This document shows positions 14,505 through 27,770 of a stretch of 64,000 bases of DNA, one piece after another. The notes beneath the pieces are model-generated. The model ran no database searches and had not been told where the DNA came from. It saw only the letters and a program-made list of their open reading frames with translations. The stretch covers positions 124,001-188,000 of the forward strand of contig QPGO01000155.1 of assembly GCA_008632985.1 (NCBI GenBank). The letters are read 5' to 3'. Position numbers and translations under genes: made by a program. This stretch comes from Psammoneis japonica (taxonomy: Eukaryota). Position 1 is the stretch's first letter. Each line of letters opens with the position of its first letter.

Positions 14505-16184
14505 TCAGCTGCAATGGCTCATCTCCTTCGTTCCGTGCGTGGCTTGGCATCGCAGTGCAGCACTCCCGGATGTTGGGGTCGGCGTGGAGATTGCATCATG
14601 TCTGTTTGACCAGAGCGTGGAAAGCACCGAGGCAATGGTTCGAAGGAGCATAGAGCAAGAATGTTTGAGACCTAAGATCCGTGTCTCAAGGACTTTCTTG
14701 GCGTGCGTTGTAGTTTCAGTGATGTTCCAAGCAATTTTTGAAGCGCTGAGATACATTGTTTCGCGACTGCCTGTTGTCTTCTCCATTGACCGAACAATGT
14801 CGGCAACACTTTCTTCAAACTGAGACCCCATTCTCTGATCCAAAGTGCACCAAGCCCCTTCAAACACCCATGATGAAGTCACTTCCCCGCGCCTTGATCG
14901 TTCTTCCAAATTCCCCTGCAAGTCACTGTCTTGAGAGCTGTTTAGCGACTTGTTCGTTCCAGTGGGAACTGGAGCTGTGGCCGCTGTGGGAGCCGGAGCT
15001 GCAACCGGTGCGGGAGCCGGAGCTGCAACCGGAGCGGGAGTGGGGTTGGTGATGGGCACCCAAGGGTTTTCTTCGGCCGCTCCCTTGGCCCTCTTGTGAA
15101 AGACGCATTTGCCCAAAGCACGAGGAGGGAGCATTCCCAAGCATGTTCCCAGGAGGCCATGAAGTGTCGCCATGGAATCCCTTTTTTTCCCATGAATGTT
15201 GCCTGCAGAAAAGTCTGGGAGAAGCATGCCGTTGCTGCGGCACTTCTGGATGTTGGCCTGGCAGCCAGCGTTGTGCGAGCAGGCGTTCATGCCCACGCAG
15301 TTCAGCACATCGTAAGATTCGTCATGACCAAGGTTTTGGATGTCCGAGCAGTTGCTGACAAAAAGGATGCCTGCAAACTCGTCTGAAAGAAAAAGAGAAG
15401 CAAAACTTTGAGGGCCAGGAGTCGCACAGCAGCAGTCGCAAGCACGCACGTCTCACTCACCAGGAGGCACTTCAGTCAAGGCAACCTTGCGTTTGGCTTG
15501 AATGACAACATGCAAGCATTCACAAGTGATCTTGCGGGGCTTCCGGCCCATGTCAATTGCCTGAATCGTGTCTGTGACTTGATCCACGACCGGGATCGCA
15601 GACACTTCCATGTTCTTGCCGGCGTTTTCAAGCCCCTCGAGCTGGTTTCTGGTGTCACGAGTGAAAGCGACGATGTCAGCTTTGATGCCTTCCTCGTGTC
15701 TTTTGGCCTTCTCTTTCTGATTTCGCAGCTCTGCGATTTTTGCTCCACAGTGATGCGAGTCCCCACCGGTCGCTTGCGTCATGATCTCCAGACGCTTGCT
15801 TGGGTCATCTGCAATTTCATGAACGAGCTTGGTGTCCTCATCGCCAAGAGCGACCATGGCGAACTCCTTGGTGCAGTTCATCAAATGCTGGGGACCAATC
15901 ACGCAGTCTTTGGAAACCATGGGAGGGCTTCTGACTTCTGGCGTAGAGTCGGCACGGCGGTGACGAGCAATGCCACGAGCGGATCCCGGCGTTCTGCGCC
16001 ACCACGTTGCGGCGTCCTGAAATTCGGGTTCATCGAACCGGCGTGCCAAAGTTACGGTTGTTGGAGCGCGATGGCTGCGGAGTGCTGTACATGGTGAGAC
16101 GTCGTGCAGCTTATCACAGACACCCGCTGTGGTCATGGAGTTGTGAGCTGTGCTCTGTGCTCTGTGCTCATCATCTGCATTCAT
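14505..16184 (-). pseudogene. Two-exon gene of unknown function, TpA-hypermutated
   Basis: ORFs 15453-16184 and 14505-15449 join in frame through a 78-bp GTGAGT..TTTCAG intron (15383-15460, PP-D-EFAG); only two Tyr in total, Cys/His-rich, PAPVAA repeat. Confidence 0.55.
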
Positions 16185-16423
16185 CTACTGCGTGTCGCGG
16201 CTTCTTCGCGCGCGCTGGTGGGGTGTTGTCGTGTATGCGCCCGCGCCGCAGGCGCTGGGAAAATCCGAATCGCGAATCTTTTCTGCTTCTTATTTCCGAT
16301 CTTTTCTCTTCTCAGAAGCTTTATGCGGTGTTGCGAGAATAAGCGAGACAATAGACTCCGAATTGTTTGTATCTCCTGTGTCACCCCCAGGCGAGTAGTT
16401 CTGAATCATATAAAGAGAGAGCG

Positions 16424-18878
16424 ATGTTTCACAATAAGCAAAACGCAAAACACCGTAACGAAAAAGATGAGAACGTCGTTGTGGTGCATTTGAGTGCAAG
16501 GTCAATTGTGTTTCGCAATCATGTAAGACGAGCTGATAAAACTGTTCGACAAGTCTTGGAGGAAGTCAGTTTGGTGGGTGACGACTTATCATCTTCATTT
16601 GATAAAGACGATGATGACGACGACTCGTCCATTGAAAGTTACGATAGTGATCAGAATGAAGACTCGATTCATGAGAACAGTCTGCTTCGCATGTCGGTAA
16701 GAGGTTCCATGCGAGGTATATCCAAGCAAGAATCCGTTCGCCACTTGCAAGATTTTACCAAGACAATGGACCAGGAGCTCAAGACACTGGCGACCTCCAT
16801 GGTTCCAGATCTCAAGCAAAAAGATCACCTTACAGAACGACACGTGGAAATCGAAGGCTTTCAAGTTACTCAAGTCAAGCCCTTTCCGTCTCTTGAACTA
16901 ACGGGCGAGTCGGAATTTAAACCTCTCTTGGACTCGGATTCTCCCAATGATGACAGTTGGACTGTTGCTGAGAAGGAAGTATTCAAATGCTTAAAGATCA
17001 AAAGGCGTGTGTCAAGACCATCAAGAATACCGGAACAGAGTGGTCCGACTTTCTAAAGCGTTTCACAACGCCTCATGCAAACCGCGGAGGCACCAGATTC
17101 CCTTCGCAGCATGATGATATCGGGCCCCACAACGATTTTGCTTTTAACAGCTTTCTGACGTCCACATCGCTCTTGCCAGAACTTGGGAAAAAGATGCGTT
17201 GTTACGGATCTCTTTCAGCGTATGGTACCGGCGTCGTCTTTGCACTACCGACTTGTAGTAGTGACGAGGCGGAAACCAAAGAGCAGGAACGAACCAAGAC
17301 GTGGGCGTGGCCTGCGGGATATGCCGCAAAGACAGAGTTCAACATTGAACGTGGCAAGTTGATTAATGGGAGACAGGAGGCTCTGGTATCACTGACGAAG
17401 CTGCGAGACTACAATCACGAGTACCTTCATAGCAGCGACCACTTTATTGGGACCAAAGTGATAAAAGGAGGCATGCAGATTGTTCCCTACAATGAAGTAT
17501 ATCTACGAGTTGGTGGCAAATCTCGTATCGTGGATCGGAAGGACGTGGCGACGGGACAAGAACGATCTGACGCCAATGGAACGGGACGATCCTTTGAAGG
17601 TGGGTGCGGGCTCCCCGTTGCCTTGTTTGCTCGAGACAACAAAATGAGCGACTTGATCAGTTTGCTTCGAGTCCGCTCCCGGATAGTACATGTTTTGGGA
17701 GAAGAACATTTCGGGGACATTCCTCTGTTGCTTATTTCTCATGACGTCGGAGTTCGAGTGTTTACCAAGTCTCTCCAACACCAGTTTTGGAAATTGGCAG
17801 CACATAAACTCAATCCCTTTCAAAACCCAATGTTGGCGCCTTCAACTCGATTTGACAACACCCGTGAAGCAAGTCTCCAGCAGAAATTGCAGGAATTGCT
17901 TGAACTGAAGCAAGATCTCCGGCAAGCTCTCTCGTCAAAAGAATGTTCTCGGATTGCAGGCGGCTTTGGGGTATCAGATGGATCTATTTTCGACGTATTA
18001 AAAGCAGCCGTTGCTCATGACAAGAGTAATGGCAGGTTGTTCAAAAAGTCGCATAAGCTTCAAGACGCTTTGACAGAAGGATTCGCGTACGCTGCAAGAT
18101 CCGACGACTACTACACGGCCAGACAACTATTGATCGTTTACGTTATTATTTCGGGAGAAGAATCACTTAACTCGGTGATTGGGACTCCACTGAAAATTTT
18201 AGGAGCCGGTGCTGCCTCTTATACAGACGTGTCTCTTCTCAATTCTGGAGGAACTGCAACTGCACCGACCTTGCCTCCACCTCTGGATACGACTCGTGTG
18301 CGAAGTGCAACGCAGTCACAGGGTTTGTTGGTAGTGTTTGGTGCTGCTCAGATGCTGGCTTCTTTGAAAAACAGTAGCGCGAGAAGGCGGGCTGAAGAAA
18401 GCTATCGAGCCGTAGAAGAGTAAGTGCAACCTTCGTCGTGTACATAAAATGTTCTTTGCGACGCTTCTTCTTTAAATTCGCGATAATTCTATCTCTCCCA
18501 TTCACTTCTGCGATGTGCAGGTGGATTGAAAAGGGCAAGAAATCAATGGCGTATCGCGTTTCATCTTGGCAAACTCAACGAGATGCTCAAGACGATGCGA
18601 ATCTTGCCGCCGAGAACGACTCTTTGTTTTTGGCGTTTGTTAGTCAAAAGGCAATCAAGAATCGAAAGAAGTTTGCTCAACAGCTTCGGAACGCTGTAAA
18701 TGACTACACCGATGCTAGCTTTGTGCGAGCCGTGTATGAGATTCTGAATAGCATGAAGCATCCAAGCTTGAGATTGGAGCTGCTTCAATACATACTTGGC
18801 CTGGATAATCGCTACTCCATCACGTGTACGAAACAGACCGTTGAACTAGCCGCCACTTGCATGAGCCTTGCGAAATGA
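16424..18878 (+). CDS. Large hypothetical protein, one frameshift near 17000 and an intron ~18421-18520
   Basis: Consecutive long ORFs 16367-17056, 16987-18423 and 18438-18878; GTAAGT donor and GCAG acceptor; normal Tyr usage. Confidence 0.7.
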
Positions 18879-19121
18879 TCAAGGTCGTTTGTCAAGGTAG
18901 TTTGGTTGGTGCACGCACAGTTAAGCTTGTGCATTCTGTGTCGAGTAGCAAAGACAATCGACGTCGGTCGTACGGGATTAAAGGCTCGTCACCTCTTGTA
19001 TAGTGAAAACTTTTTGGATTTGTTTACCCAGCTAGGTACAATTTGATGCCTTCCCATCACTACTCACTGTAACCTGTTTCATAATCATCATCACAAGCTG
19101 CGGGCGATGCCAACAGTACGA

Positions 19122-20661
19122 TCATTCCGGGATACGAACAATCGAGAGCTTCCGCTGAATGTGAGGAGGACGCGCCTTCGATGCCAATGGTTCATCCTGT
19201 TCCTCTTCTTTCTTTTGGTGAAGATAGAAGCCAGCCGATGCTGCCAAGGTAGCAACTATGGTCGCAACCGCTTTTCTGGCGGCACCAGGCCCTCCCCACC
19301 CAAGCCTTGTCTGTAAAGCCCCCGCAATCAATCCCAATACACCACCCGTCACGATCAAAGTAATCTCGTCCTCCTTGAAAACTGAAACGGGTACACGATA
19401 AGATCATGAGAATGAGATGAGATGATTGCAATAACGTTTACTCCTCCAAATCAATTCCACAATACTTCAATCACTTACCTGGATGCAGCAAGTCTTCAAA
19501 ATCAGTCGGAGACAATTGCTTCAGACGACTTGCAAGAGTGTTATCAATGTCAAGCTGCTTGTCAACATACCAATGAAGCTCAGGGTAGTCCCTTCGATTA
19601 CGCGCAACCTTTTGAATGGCAGCCACTGCTGCGGATAGAATATGCGATGGTACCGGAAAGGGCAGCTGACGACGAAGAAAAGCATAGAGCTCGCCGTCCG
19701 TTCCTCCATTTGACAAATCGTCCAGCAACTGAGAAGGCGTCAGGACTCGTTTCTTCATAAATGCTCCAAATTCATCTGATACTTCTAGCTGCCGACTTTC
19801 AAACAATCCTTGAATCTCAAACAGACCAGCAACCGATACTGGCTCTGCCGGTTCGAACAGCAACTTTATTGCGATCCAATTGGTAACATAGCCCACCAGT
19901 GCACCGGCGGCTGGGAGTGTCCACGGCTTTGGTGCAGCAGCCCACGCGGCAGTTTGGAACAAGCCCAGCAGAAACCCAAACCCAAATCCAGAATTGACAA
20001 GAAATTCAAGCTCCACTCGTCCCACTTTTTGAAAAAGATCAACGAGAACCTTTTTGTCTCGCAGAAAGGCAGACAGAACAACGTGATGAAGATCCAGGAC
20101 CTGTTCGACTTCACCTTGCAGATTTGACAAGAGCCTAGGAAGTAGAATTGGAAGCACTGGCTTGAGAAGTGCATACCATACATGACCACAGTCCTGTCGT
20201 ATTTGTTCTTCAATTGCTGGAAGGAGTAGTCTGGACAGATCCCTTGGTTCCAACCTACTAAACGCCTCATCAAGACTTAGCAACCGTTCCGTGACCACAC
20301 CTACTAAACGTGTCGCCATTTGCTTTGTTTTCGTAGGAACCACGCCTTGCCACCCAAAGAGGCCATACGGAGTATCTTTCCACCGCTGCAAGTCAATTCC
20401 CATGTATTTAATAGGGTAAAACAACATTTTCACACCCATCCAGTTGGTAAGAATGCCGACAAAAGCAGCAACGCAGGGGATACTTGCGTATTCGATTGGG
20501 CGTTTACGAATCTGACTTTGTATTCGAAAAATCGTTGTATTTGGCACAGCAACCGTTGCTGTGCTGCGTTTAAGGAAAGCATTAGCTTTGCGCCTTGTTC
20601 GTTTCACATGTGCAAGCCGATACAGGCCGAGCGGGTACAGTCTTCTTTGTGACGAGATCAT
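19122..20661 (-). CDS. DUF445-like membrane protein
   Basis: TNWMGVKMLFYP, GWQGVVP, GYVTNWIAIKLLFEP, FEDLLHPVFKEDEITLIVTGGVLG after removing intron 19382-19478. Confidence 0.8.
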
Positions 20662-21757
20662 GTTGTTGTGATGGTAGCAATTGTGGCGCTTTTCTTTTTT
20701 TAATAAAGTGCAATGAGAAACCCTGAGTTATCAGTGTCCTCTATAACAGACTGGGTAGTTGACAGTGGGGCGACGGCGTTGGGTCATTCGTCTTGTCATA
20801 TGCGTCGGAGTCGTCTGGTCTAGCTCTGATGGTCCGAATGTTGCTGCGTTATTTTATTGTGTGCGTGTGCTGATGAGAGCGATGAGGCGTGCGTGATGTG
20901 TGTGCGGGAGCGGCGGTTGTGATGCGCGCACTTTTGGGTCGCGCCACATCATCATTGGCACGACTAACATTGAATTCACACATTCGGAAATAAATAAAGA
21001 TGAATGTGTGGTCGCGCAACATGACCCTACCAGTCGTGGAAGGCCGATTAGTTTGTTTCCAATTGATCCGTGCTCGGATTGAACGAGCCAGTGGATTGGA
21101 CCGGAGCACAGCAGAGTTAGCAGCCTTCCTCTTTTTTTCATGCTTTTAATGGAGTTCTTGCTTTTTACCTGGCGGGCTCTCGTTGCAACGGAGACTCTTC
21201 AGCTCAATCTCTTGGACGACAAGATCCGTGCTTCAGCCACCAAGCACAAAGAGCTTGCGCAGTGCCGATGGCTGTGCCGAACCAGCTGATGCCGGTCCAT
21301 CGCTTCCATTCTCGAACGCACTCCTGCTTGTCCACGTCTTGTCCAATGATTGAGAGGACATGAAGAGAGAAGCAGGTCTGGCCTGAAGCCATGCCGAAAG
21401 TGTTGAAGCTCATGACTGCAGCAGCACAATCAGAAAGCTGAATGTGCTCTGGGCCGATGATGTCACAAGTGTCCTTTTTCATTTTGGGTTGTCACAGCCA
21501 TTGTGTCTGAGTGCAAGAACAATCCACAGAAACAACAAAGTGTCTGTTTTTGCTTGTCTTCTAAGCGGCCAACAAAGAGCGCAAGGAGAAAGACAATCAA
21601 AGACGGATTTGAAGGTGTCGAACATGTCACACCTTGAGATCTTTGTGAGAAGTCCAAGGAAGCTCGTCAGACTTCCTGGATTCCTACAAGCACTTCCATG
21701 CTCGCATTTTCTTCCTTGCAAATGCTGTGCGTTGGGCTGTCGCTAAAGTGTGTTGTA

Positions 21758-21991
21758 AGTTGAGACACAGTCCCACAGCTGGGTGGGATGGATAAGACCT
21801 CGGAGGTTGGCAGCAATGTGAACAGCAACAGAGGTAAACAGACGCTTGTTCAAAGTCGTTGTCTAAAAATTATGACGAATGTCATTGCTTCTGTTTGAAT
21901 CAATTTTGTGATGAGCTGATCATTTCGAAGAGAAAATCTGAGTCTGGGTTGCAGTCGTGAGATGCGACCAGAATGACGTTGAGTCGCGACT
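21758..21991 (-). repeat. 3' LTR of element 1
   Basis: Direct repeat of 27933-28166, next to PPT. Confidence 0.95.
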
Positions 21992-22012
21992 CTCCCTCTC
22001 AACCGAGAGAGC

Positions 22013-25000
22013 TCACCAGCCCACAAGAGCCTTTCTAGCCGTGCGGAACGCATCGGTCCGTAGTCCCTTCGTGAACTGATCGGCCAGTTGCTCTGGAGTG
22101 CTGACAGGTTGGACATCGATCTCCAATTGTTCGACTTTAGTCCTAAACCAGTGGTGCGGGGTGCCGATGTGTTTGGTTCACGGAGACAACTTGGGCACAC
22201 GTGCGAACTTGAGGCACGCGGAGTTATCTTCACACACAACGGACGCAGGTGGGACATTCTGCGCTGCAGGCGAGTCATCGGTGCCTTGGGTTGTGAGCTC
22301 AAAAGCCTTGGAGTGAGTCGTGACAGGGTTTTGGCGGTCAGACTTTCCGAGTGCGTGGTGGTTGAGCTCCTTGAGAACTTCACGAACAGGGATGAGATCA
22401 CGCGTGGCTTGAGAAAGTGCGACACACTCCGCTTCCATGGTCGACAATGCTGCAAGAGTCTGCTGCTTGGACACCCAGACAAGCGGGCAGCCGGCGTGGC
22501 AGATGAGGCATCCAGTCCTGGACTTGACAGAAACTGGGTCTTGACCATCTTCCACACCAAATGACCCCGCGAAGTCAGAATCGACGTGACAATCAACTCA
22601 ATGATCTTGCGCAGGCTTGAGAATGAGACCTTCAGCAGCAGTTGCTTTGAGGCATCGGAGCATCCGCTTCACTGCAGCAGCATGGGACGCTCGGGGTGCA
22701 AACGAGAATCGAGCTGCTTGATGTGTGGCACATGCAATGTCTGGCCGGCTGTTCGCTGCCAAGTGCATCAACATTCCAACAACTGAGCGACAATCGTGGG
22801 GTTCATCAAAAGGCAGGCCGTCCGTGTCTGCACCAACAGCCGCAGGTAGAGCTGGAGCAGATGCTCCATTGCAATCCTGCATCTGTGCGGTGCGCAGGAC
22901 CTTGTCAATTAGACCGGGTTGAGTGAGTAGAAATCGACCCTCGGAGAGCTTTTCGATCTTGATGCCGAGAAAGTTGCCGACTTCTCCTTCGTCTCTAAGT
23001 TCAAATGCGTGGCGATGTTCATCGTCGGAGACTCCCAACTTGCGAATTTCGGCTTCTAGAGCTTCAGCTGAAGCTCCAGCAAAAACGGTGTCGTCGACGT
23101 GTGCCACACACATCGTGCCCTCTTTGAAACACAAACAGGGATCCATGGCTGAAGGTGCCCATCCGCGCTCGGTTAAACCAGCTCGTGACTTCTCGCAGAA
23201 GCCCTTGGGAGACTGTTTTAGGCCATGTGGTCCTTTCAAAAGTTTGAGAACCACATTGAGTCCCGACCTTGGTGCAAATCCCTTCGGCAGTGTTGTGTGA
23301 ACTTCCTCGGCGATGTCAGCTTGGCAAAAGGCTGTGGCATGGTCCACCTGACGTGCAGTCCATCCCTCCTTTAATGCCGCAGTGAGCATGAGTCGGATGC
23401 TGGACCATTGCACAACCGGCGCACAGGTTTCGAAGTGGTCGACTCCTTCTTTCTGTGAATCACCGCGGACGCAGTGTCGGGCCTCATGCTTGAGAGGGGT
23501 TCCATCTGGGAGTCTCTTGAGCTTCAGTGCCCATGTGCCTGGAAGTGCATTCACACGCGGCTGACGCTTGACTGCTTTCCAGGCTCGACAATGTGTGAGT
23601 GCGTTGACTTCAATTTTCATCGCCTTGATCCATTCGTCGGCGTCCGGACCTTTCAGAGCATTGTGTGACGAAGGCATGTCAGGGTCCTTGGTTTTCTTGC
23701 TAGCTGCGCAGGCTCGTGGATCGCCGATGTTGATGGCACCACTGTCCAAATCCGTCTCTCGGACACGAGGCTCGTCCCTTGGAATTGGGGGTGACATTGT
23801 AGATGTGTGTGGCATGAGAAACTGCCATGGGCCACAGGGAGCTGTCAATTCCCCCCTTCCAGTGGATTGATGCATGAAGCAACATCGCTCTCGCCATGTT
23901 GGAGATGCTGCGGATGCCCCGCTCTGTGACGCCGTTCTGATGATGGGCGTTGGTTCCACAAAAACGGAGACGTTGTTCATGTTCTCGCGTGTGTTGTGCA
24001 AAAGCGTTGGCCTTGAAAGCACCACCATCGGCAAGAAATTCTTGGATGATGACGCCGTGGTCCAAAGCATGTTTCTCAAATGCTTGCTTCGCTCGCATCG
24101 TCTCAACAGCGGAGAAACCCAGTTGGTGCTCGACCTGGACATAGCCAGAGGCGTGGTCGACAAAGACACAACCGCCCTTGAATTGCTTGGACGTGGCTTT
24201 GCCACATGAGTCGAAGGTGCGGCCCAAAAGGCGGGACTCAAAATGATCAACGCTGACAGCCTGACCCGGTCGAAGATGGTCAGCACGAAGGGCCCCGTCG
24301 CGTTCAGGGACTGTCGACTTGTGAGTAGATCCAAGGGAGTGTCTGTGACCTTTGGCACACTCGCGTGCCTCGCATCTTGGGTGGTCACACTTCGCTGCGG
24401 ACTTGAAACGGTTCGACAGGAACGGAGCTGCGCGGAGAAGTGCTTGGACGCGACCAAAGTTCAAATGGCCAAAACGGGCGTGCATTTCGAGAAGAAGCTT
24501 TTGGCCTGCCGTGAGGTTTTGATTCTCCTCGTTGAGGATCTGTAGATTCACTTGAGGAGCGGCAGATGCGCCCTTGGTCATCGACGCAACAGGCAAGTCG
24601 CTTGATGGATGACATGGCACGACCAACTTGCCTGTCCCATCAATGTGCAAACGGAAAGTGGTTTCATCGCCCTCACACTTCCCACGCACCCCCTTCTCTT
24701 CGTTGAAGAGGCATTGAGGCGACAGCAGGCACTGACGGGCTCCAGGAACGCAGCATGCCATGGTGTTCAGTTGGATGGCAGTGCCACTCGGCGTTGTGAA
24801 CACCCATGCAACCGGACCGGCACCCTGGATGGCAAGACCGTTGGCAATCCCATTGATCTGCAAGGGTTTCTTGGGAACAGTCATGGGCCCCGTAAAATCA
24901 TCTTTGTCGGGGGCAACAGCTAACGTGGCACCAGCATCCATGACGACCGTGAGAGCCTCGTCCGACAGACCGATGAGTGCCTGCGGATCGGATGCAAGGA

Positions 25001-27770
25001 GGTCGGCTTGAGATTGTCCGGTGAGCAGTCGGATGGTGGAGGCATTGTAGACGACTGGTCTGACACTTGCTTCCTCCAACAGTTCCACAGGATCTTGAAA
25101 ATGGGCAGTGTCCACGATGTGATTCGGCAGACAGAGCTCGTCAAACCGGAAGAAATCCGGGCTGAAGTCCTCAAGAGCGTCGAAGAAACATTTCTGGTCA
25201 TCGAGAGGTTCCAGTTCCTCACAGGTGTCAAAGAAGGCTGATTCGTCCATCGCATCAGACCGTTCAGCGACTTCTAAGCTCTCCCAGTGGGCCTTGAGAC
25301 GAGTGCTCAGTGCGTGTGACGGATGGCGCGCGACAAACTCGGTGAGCACTTGCGTGCCTTTGATCCTGTGACATTCGAACAGTGACCCCGTATCCAACAC
25401 TATCCGGTCATCTAGCTCTTCCACAACATGGTAGACTTGAGAGCTGGTGGTCGAAAAATGACTTGGTACGTTCGAGAATGGATGCTCGGGCTGTTGACCG
25501 GCGTAAACTGCTGACCATGCCATCACTGCAACGGACAGGACCATCCAGGAGGCTGGAAACCCGTGCAAAGTTGGGAGTTTGCGCTGGCGGCGTAGAGCTC
25601 GAGGGATGCATGGGATCGGAGCAAAGCAAAGATGCAGTGCCGTTTCCCAAAACATGGCGGCGAGCCAGAGTGTGAATGGCTTGACTCGTCCCAAGAGTGA
25701 GCGACGCAAAGTGGGCTCGTCTTTGACGTCCTCGTGACAATCATCCGCACCCAGGACCTCTGGATCGTAGAAATCGAAGCCACGACACGCAGCACACGGA
25801 GGTGAGTCGTAGCATGCGTCTTCAAAGTGTGCGTCATGTTCAAGGATGAGATCTAACTTTGTGTCGTCTGACAGCACATCTGTCAAATGTGCGGGAGCAT
25901 CATAGAACTCATCTGGATGCTTGACAGAGTACAGCTTCGAGGCCGGAAACAACTCAATAGCCGGTGGTTTGTTTTCAAAGGTGGAGAAAGCGTCGGAGCA
26001 TTCGCAGAAGTCATCGGCGTCTTCGGGAGTGACAGTCTCAACCACGATGGGAGACACGACTGGATCCACGACTGAGGTGAGTAGAGGTGGGCTCATTTTG
26101 TTGCAAACCACCTCAGCACTGATGACTGCATCGCTCTCCCTCTCGGCCAAAGAATCCGGAGTAACAACAATTGCAGTGGTGACAGGGGCGGAACAGAAAT
26201 CCGGGTCGGCAATGGCATCTGTAGCCGCGCACCACATTCCCGTGAAAACCAACTCGTTGGGGTCGGATTCGTCTCCCTCTGGTTCCTTGGCAGTCTGAGC
26301 GGGCGGACCCATGGGCACGCCACTGTCTGGATCAGCAACGGAAGACAAATTCCCGGCTGGGGTCTCCTTGGGAGGGCGCCTGTGGTCATCGGTGTGGTCC
26401 GCGGTAGAGTGCTTCTGGTGGATTCCAGGTTTGTCGGCACCCTTCGCCGTGCACGTGGCACACCACTTCCATTCCTTGCCATTCTTATCCTTCTTCGTTT
26501 CTCCGTCAAATTCAGTGCGCCAGGCAGCGATGGGTTGCCTCTTCTTCTTGGAAGGGTTGTCTGCAGGCGGCGGATTGGGAGGAGGATCGTCGCGCGGCGG
26601 TTTGGCGTTGCACTTTGGGCACGTCTTCTTGGTGCACCCCTCGAGACCGCAACCACAACAGTGCTTTGTCTTCCCAGGGTTGTCCGCAGTCGAAAGATTG
26701 CTCTCGGGTAGCTTGGCAACCAATGCAGGCCACTCCCCGTCCTTCACGAGCTCATTGTGTTGCTCCTGAATCCACGCAATGATGCCGACCGGTCCGAGTG
26801 TGTTGTGATCGCCATCGGACACGATGTCAGCAGGATTCTTGAGGCGGCACTTGCGTTCCACAGTCTTGACGTCGTCGAGCTTGTTGTAGACTTGCCGATT
26901 GAAGTGTTCAGAGGACGTAGAGGAGATCTTGTGGAGTGGCTTGGAGCTTGTGTTTGCCGGAAGCGCGCAGTCGGTCTGCACAATTTTCACGATGCGAAGA
27001 GCTTCGGCAGCAAAGTCCGTGCAATCCTCGCCGGGACAGTTGGCCAAACTGAGGTCTTCCAGCTGCTTCTCAGCCGTCTCAATGTCCATTGGAGCGCCAG
27101 TGTTGCAAGTGTCGAGAGCCATCATGAACAGAACAGATCCAGGGCAGTCTTGGCAGTCCGAGAGATGGTTGAACTTGGTCTCGATTTTTTCGCGAAAGGT
27201 GTTGGCGATTCTTGAGTGAACGAGAAGTTGAGAGAGCCCGATGTCGTCAAGCTCGATCTCGTTGTACTTGGTGTCATCGGCAGCTGCTTTCCTGGCCGTG
27301 TGCTCGTTCACGAGATCGGTCACAGTAAACTCGTGAAGATGGTCGAAGACACATTGAACCTTGTCGTCGCTGTTCTTGACATGGCAGAACGTCTGCTGAC
27401 CATGGGCTTCTGCTAGATCTCGAATGGTCTTGACGAAATGGCCCTTGTCAAGCTCGTTGATGGGACCGTCCGAAATCTCAAGTCAACCATTGAACTTGGA
27501 AGTCATTGCGGAAGCTTGTTGATCGCGGAGAGATCGTTCCATTGAGTCGAGAGCCTTGGGATGACGGCGCTGAGAGGCGAGTCGGCAGGTTCTGTTGTTG
27601 GATTGTTCGCAGCTGTTGTTGAGTTTGGAACCACCAATGTAAACCCCGTGGGTTGGGTGAATTCCACCACGTAACGGCTTGGTTGGAGCCGGAGGAGCGG
27701 TCGCCGCGGCGTTGGCGGCCATTGCGTCGGCAAACGCCTTCGCCAGAACAGCCGGATCGATGGTGGCCAT
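22013..27770 (-). pseudogene. gag-pol of element 1
   Basis: Gag from MATIDPAV (27770); zinc knuckle; protease MDAGAT; HARFGH; integrase VSVDH..FVDHASG..HHQNGVTER; RT ARHCVRGD, HGLKQSP, HVDD; RNaseH DSDFAG..SRTG, EDNS, ADQFTKGL. In-frame TGA at 27483, 22598 and 22178; deletion plus frameshift near 23775. Confidence 0.93.

Noticed and set aside
22088..27416. Long antisense ORFs inside the retrotransposons
   Set aside because: Same stop-codon depletion artefact
22013..27770. Alternative genetic code (Tyr recoded)
   Set aside because: Host genes and the 3' half of element 2 use TAY for conserved Tyr normally
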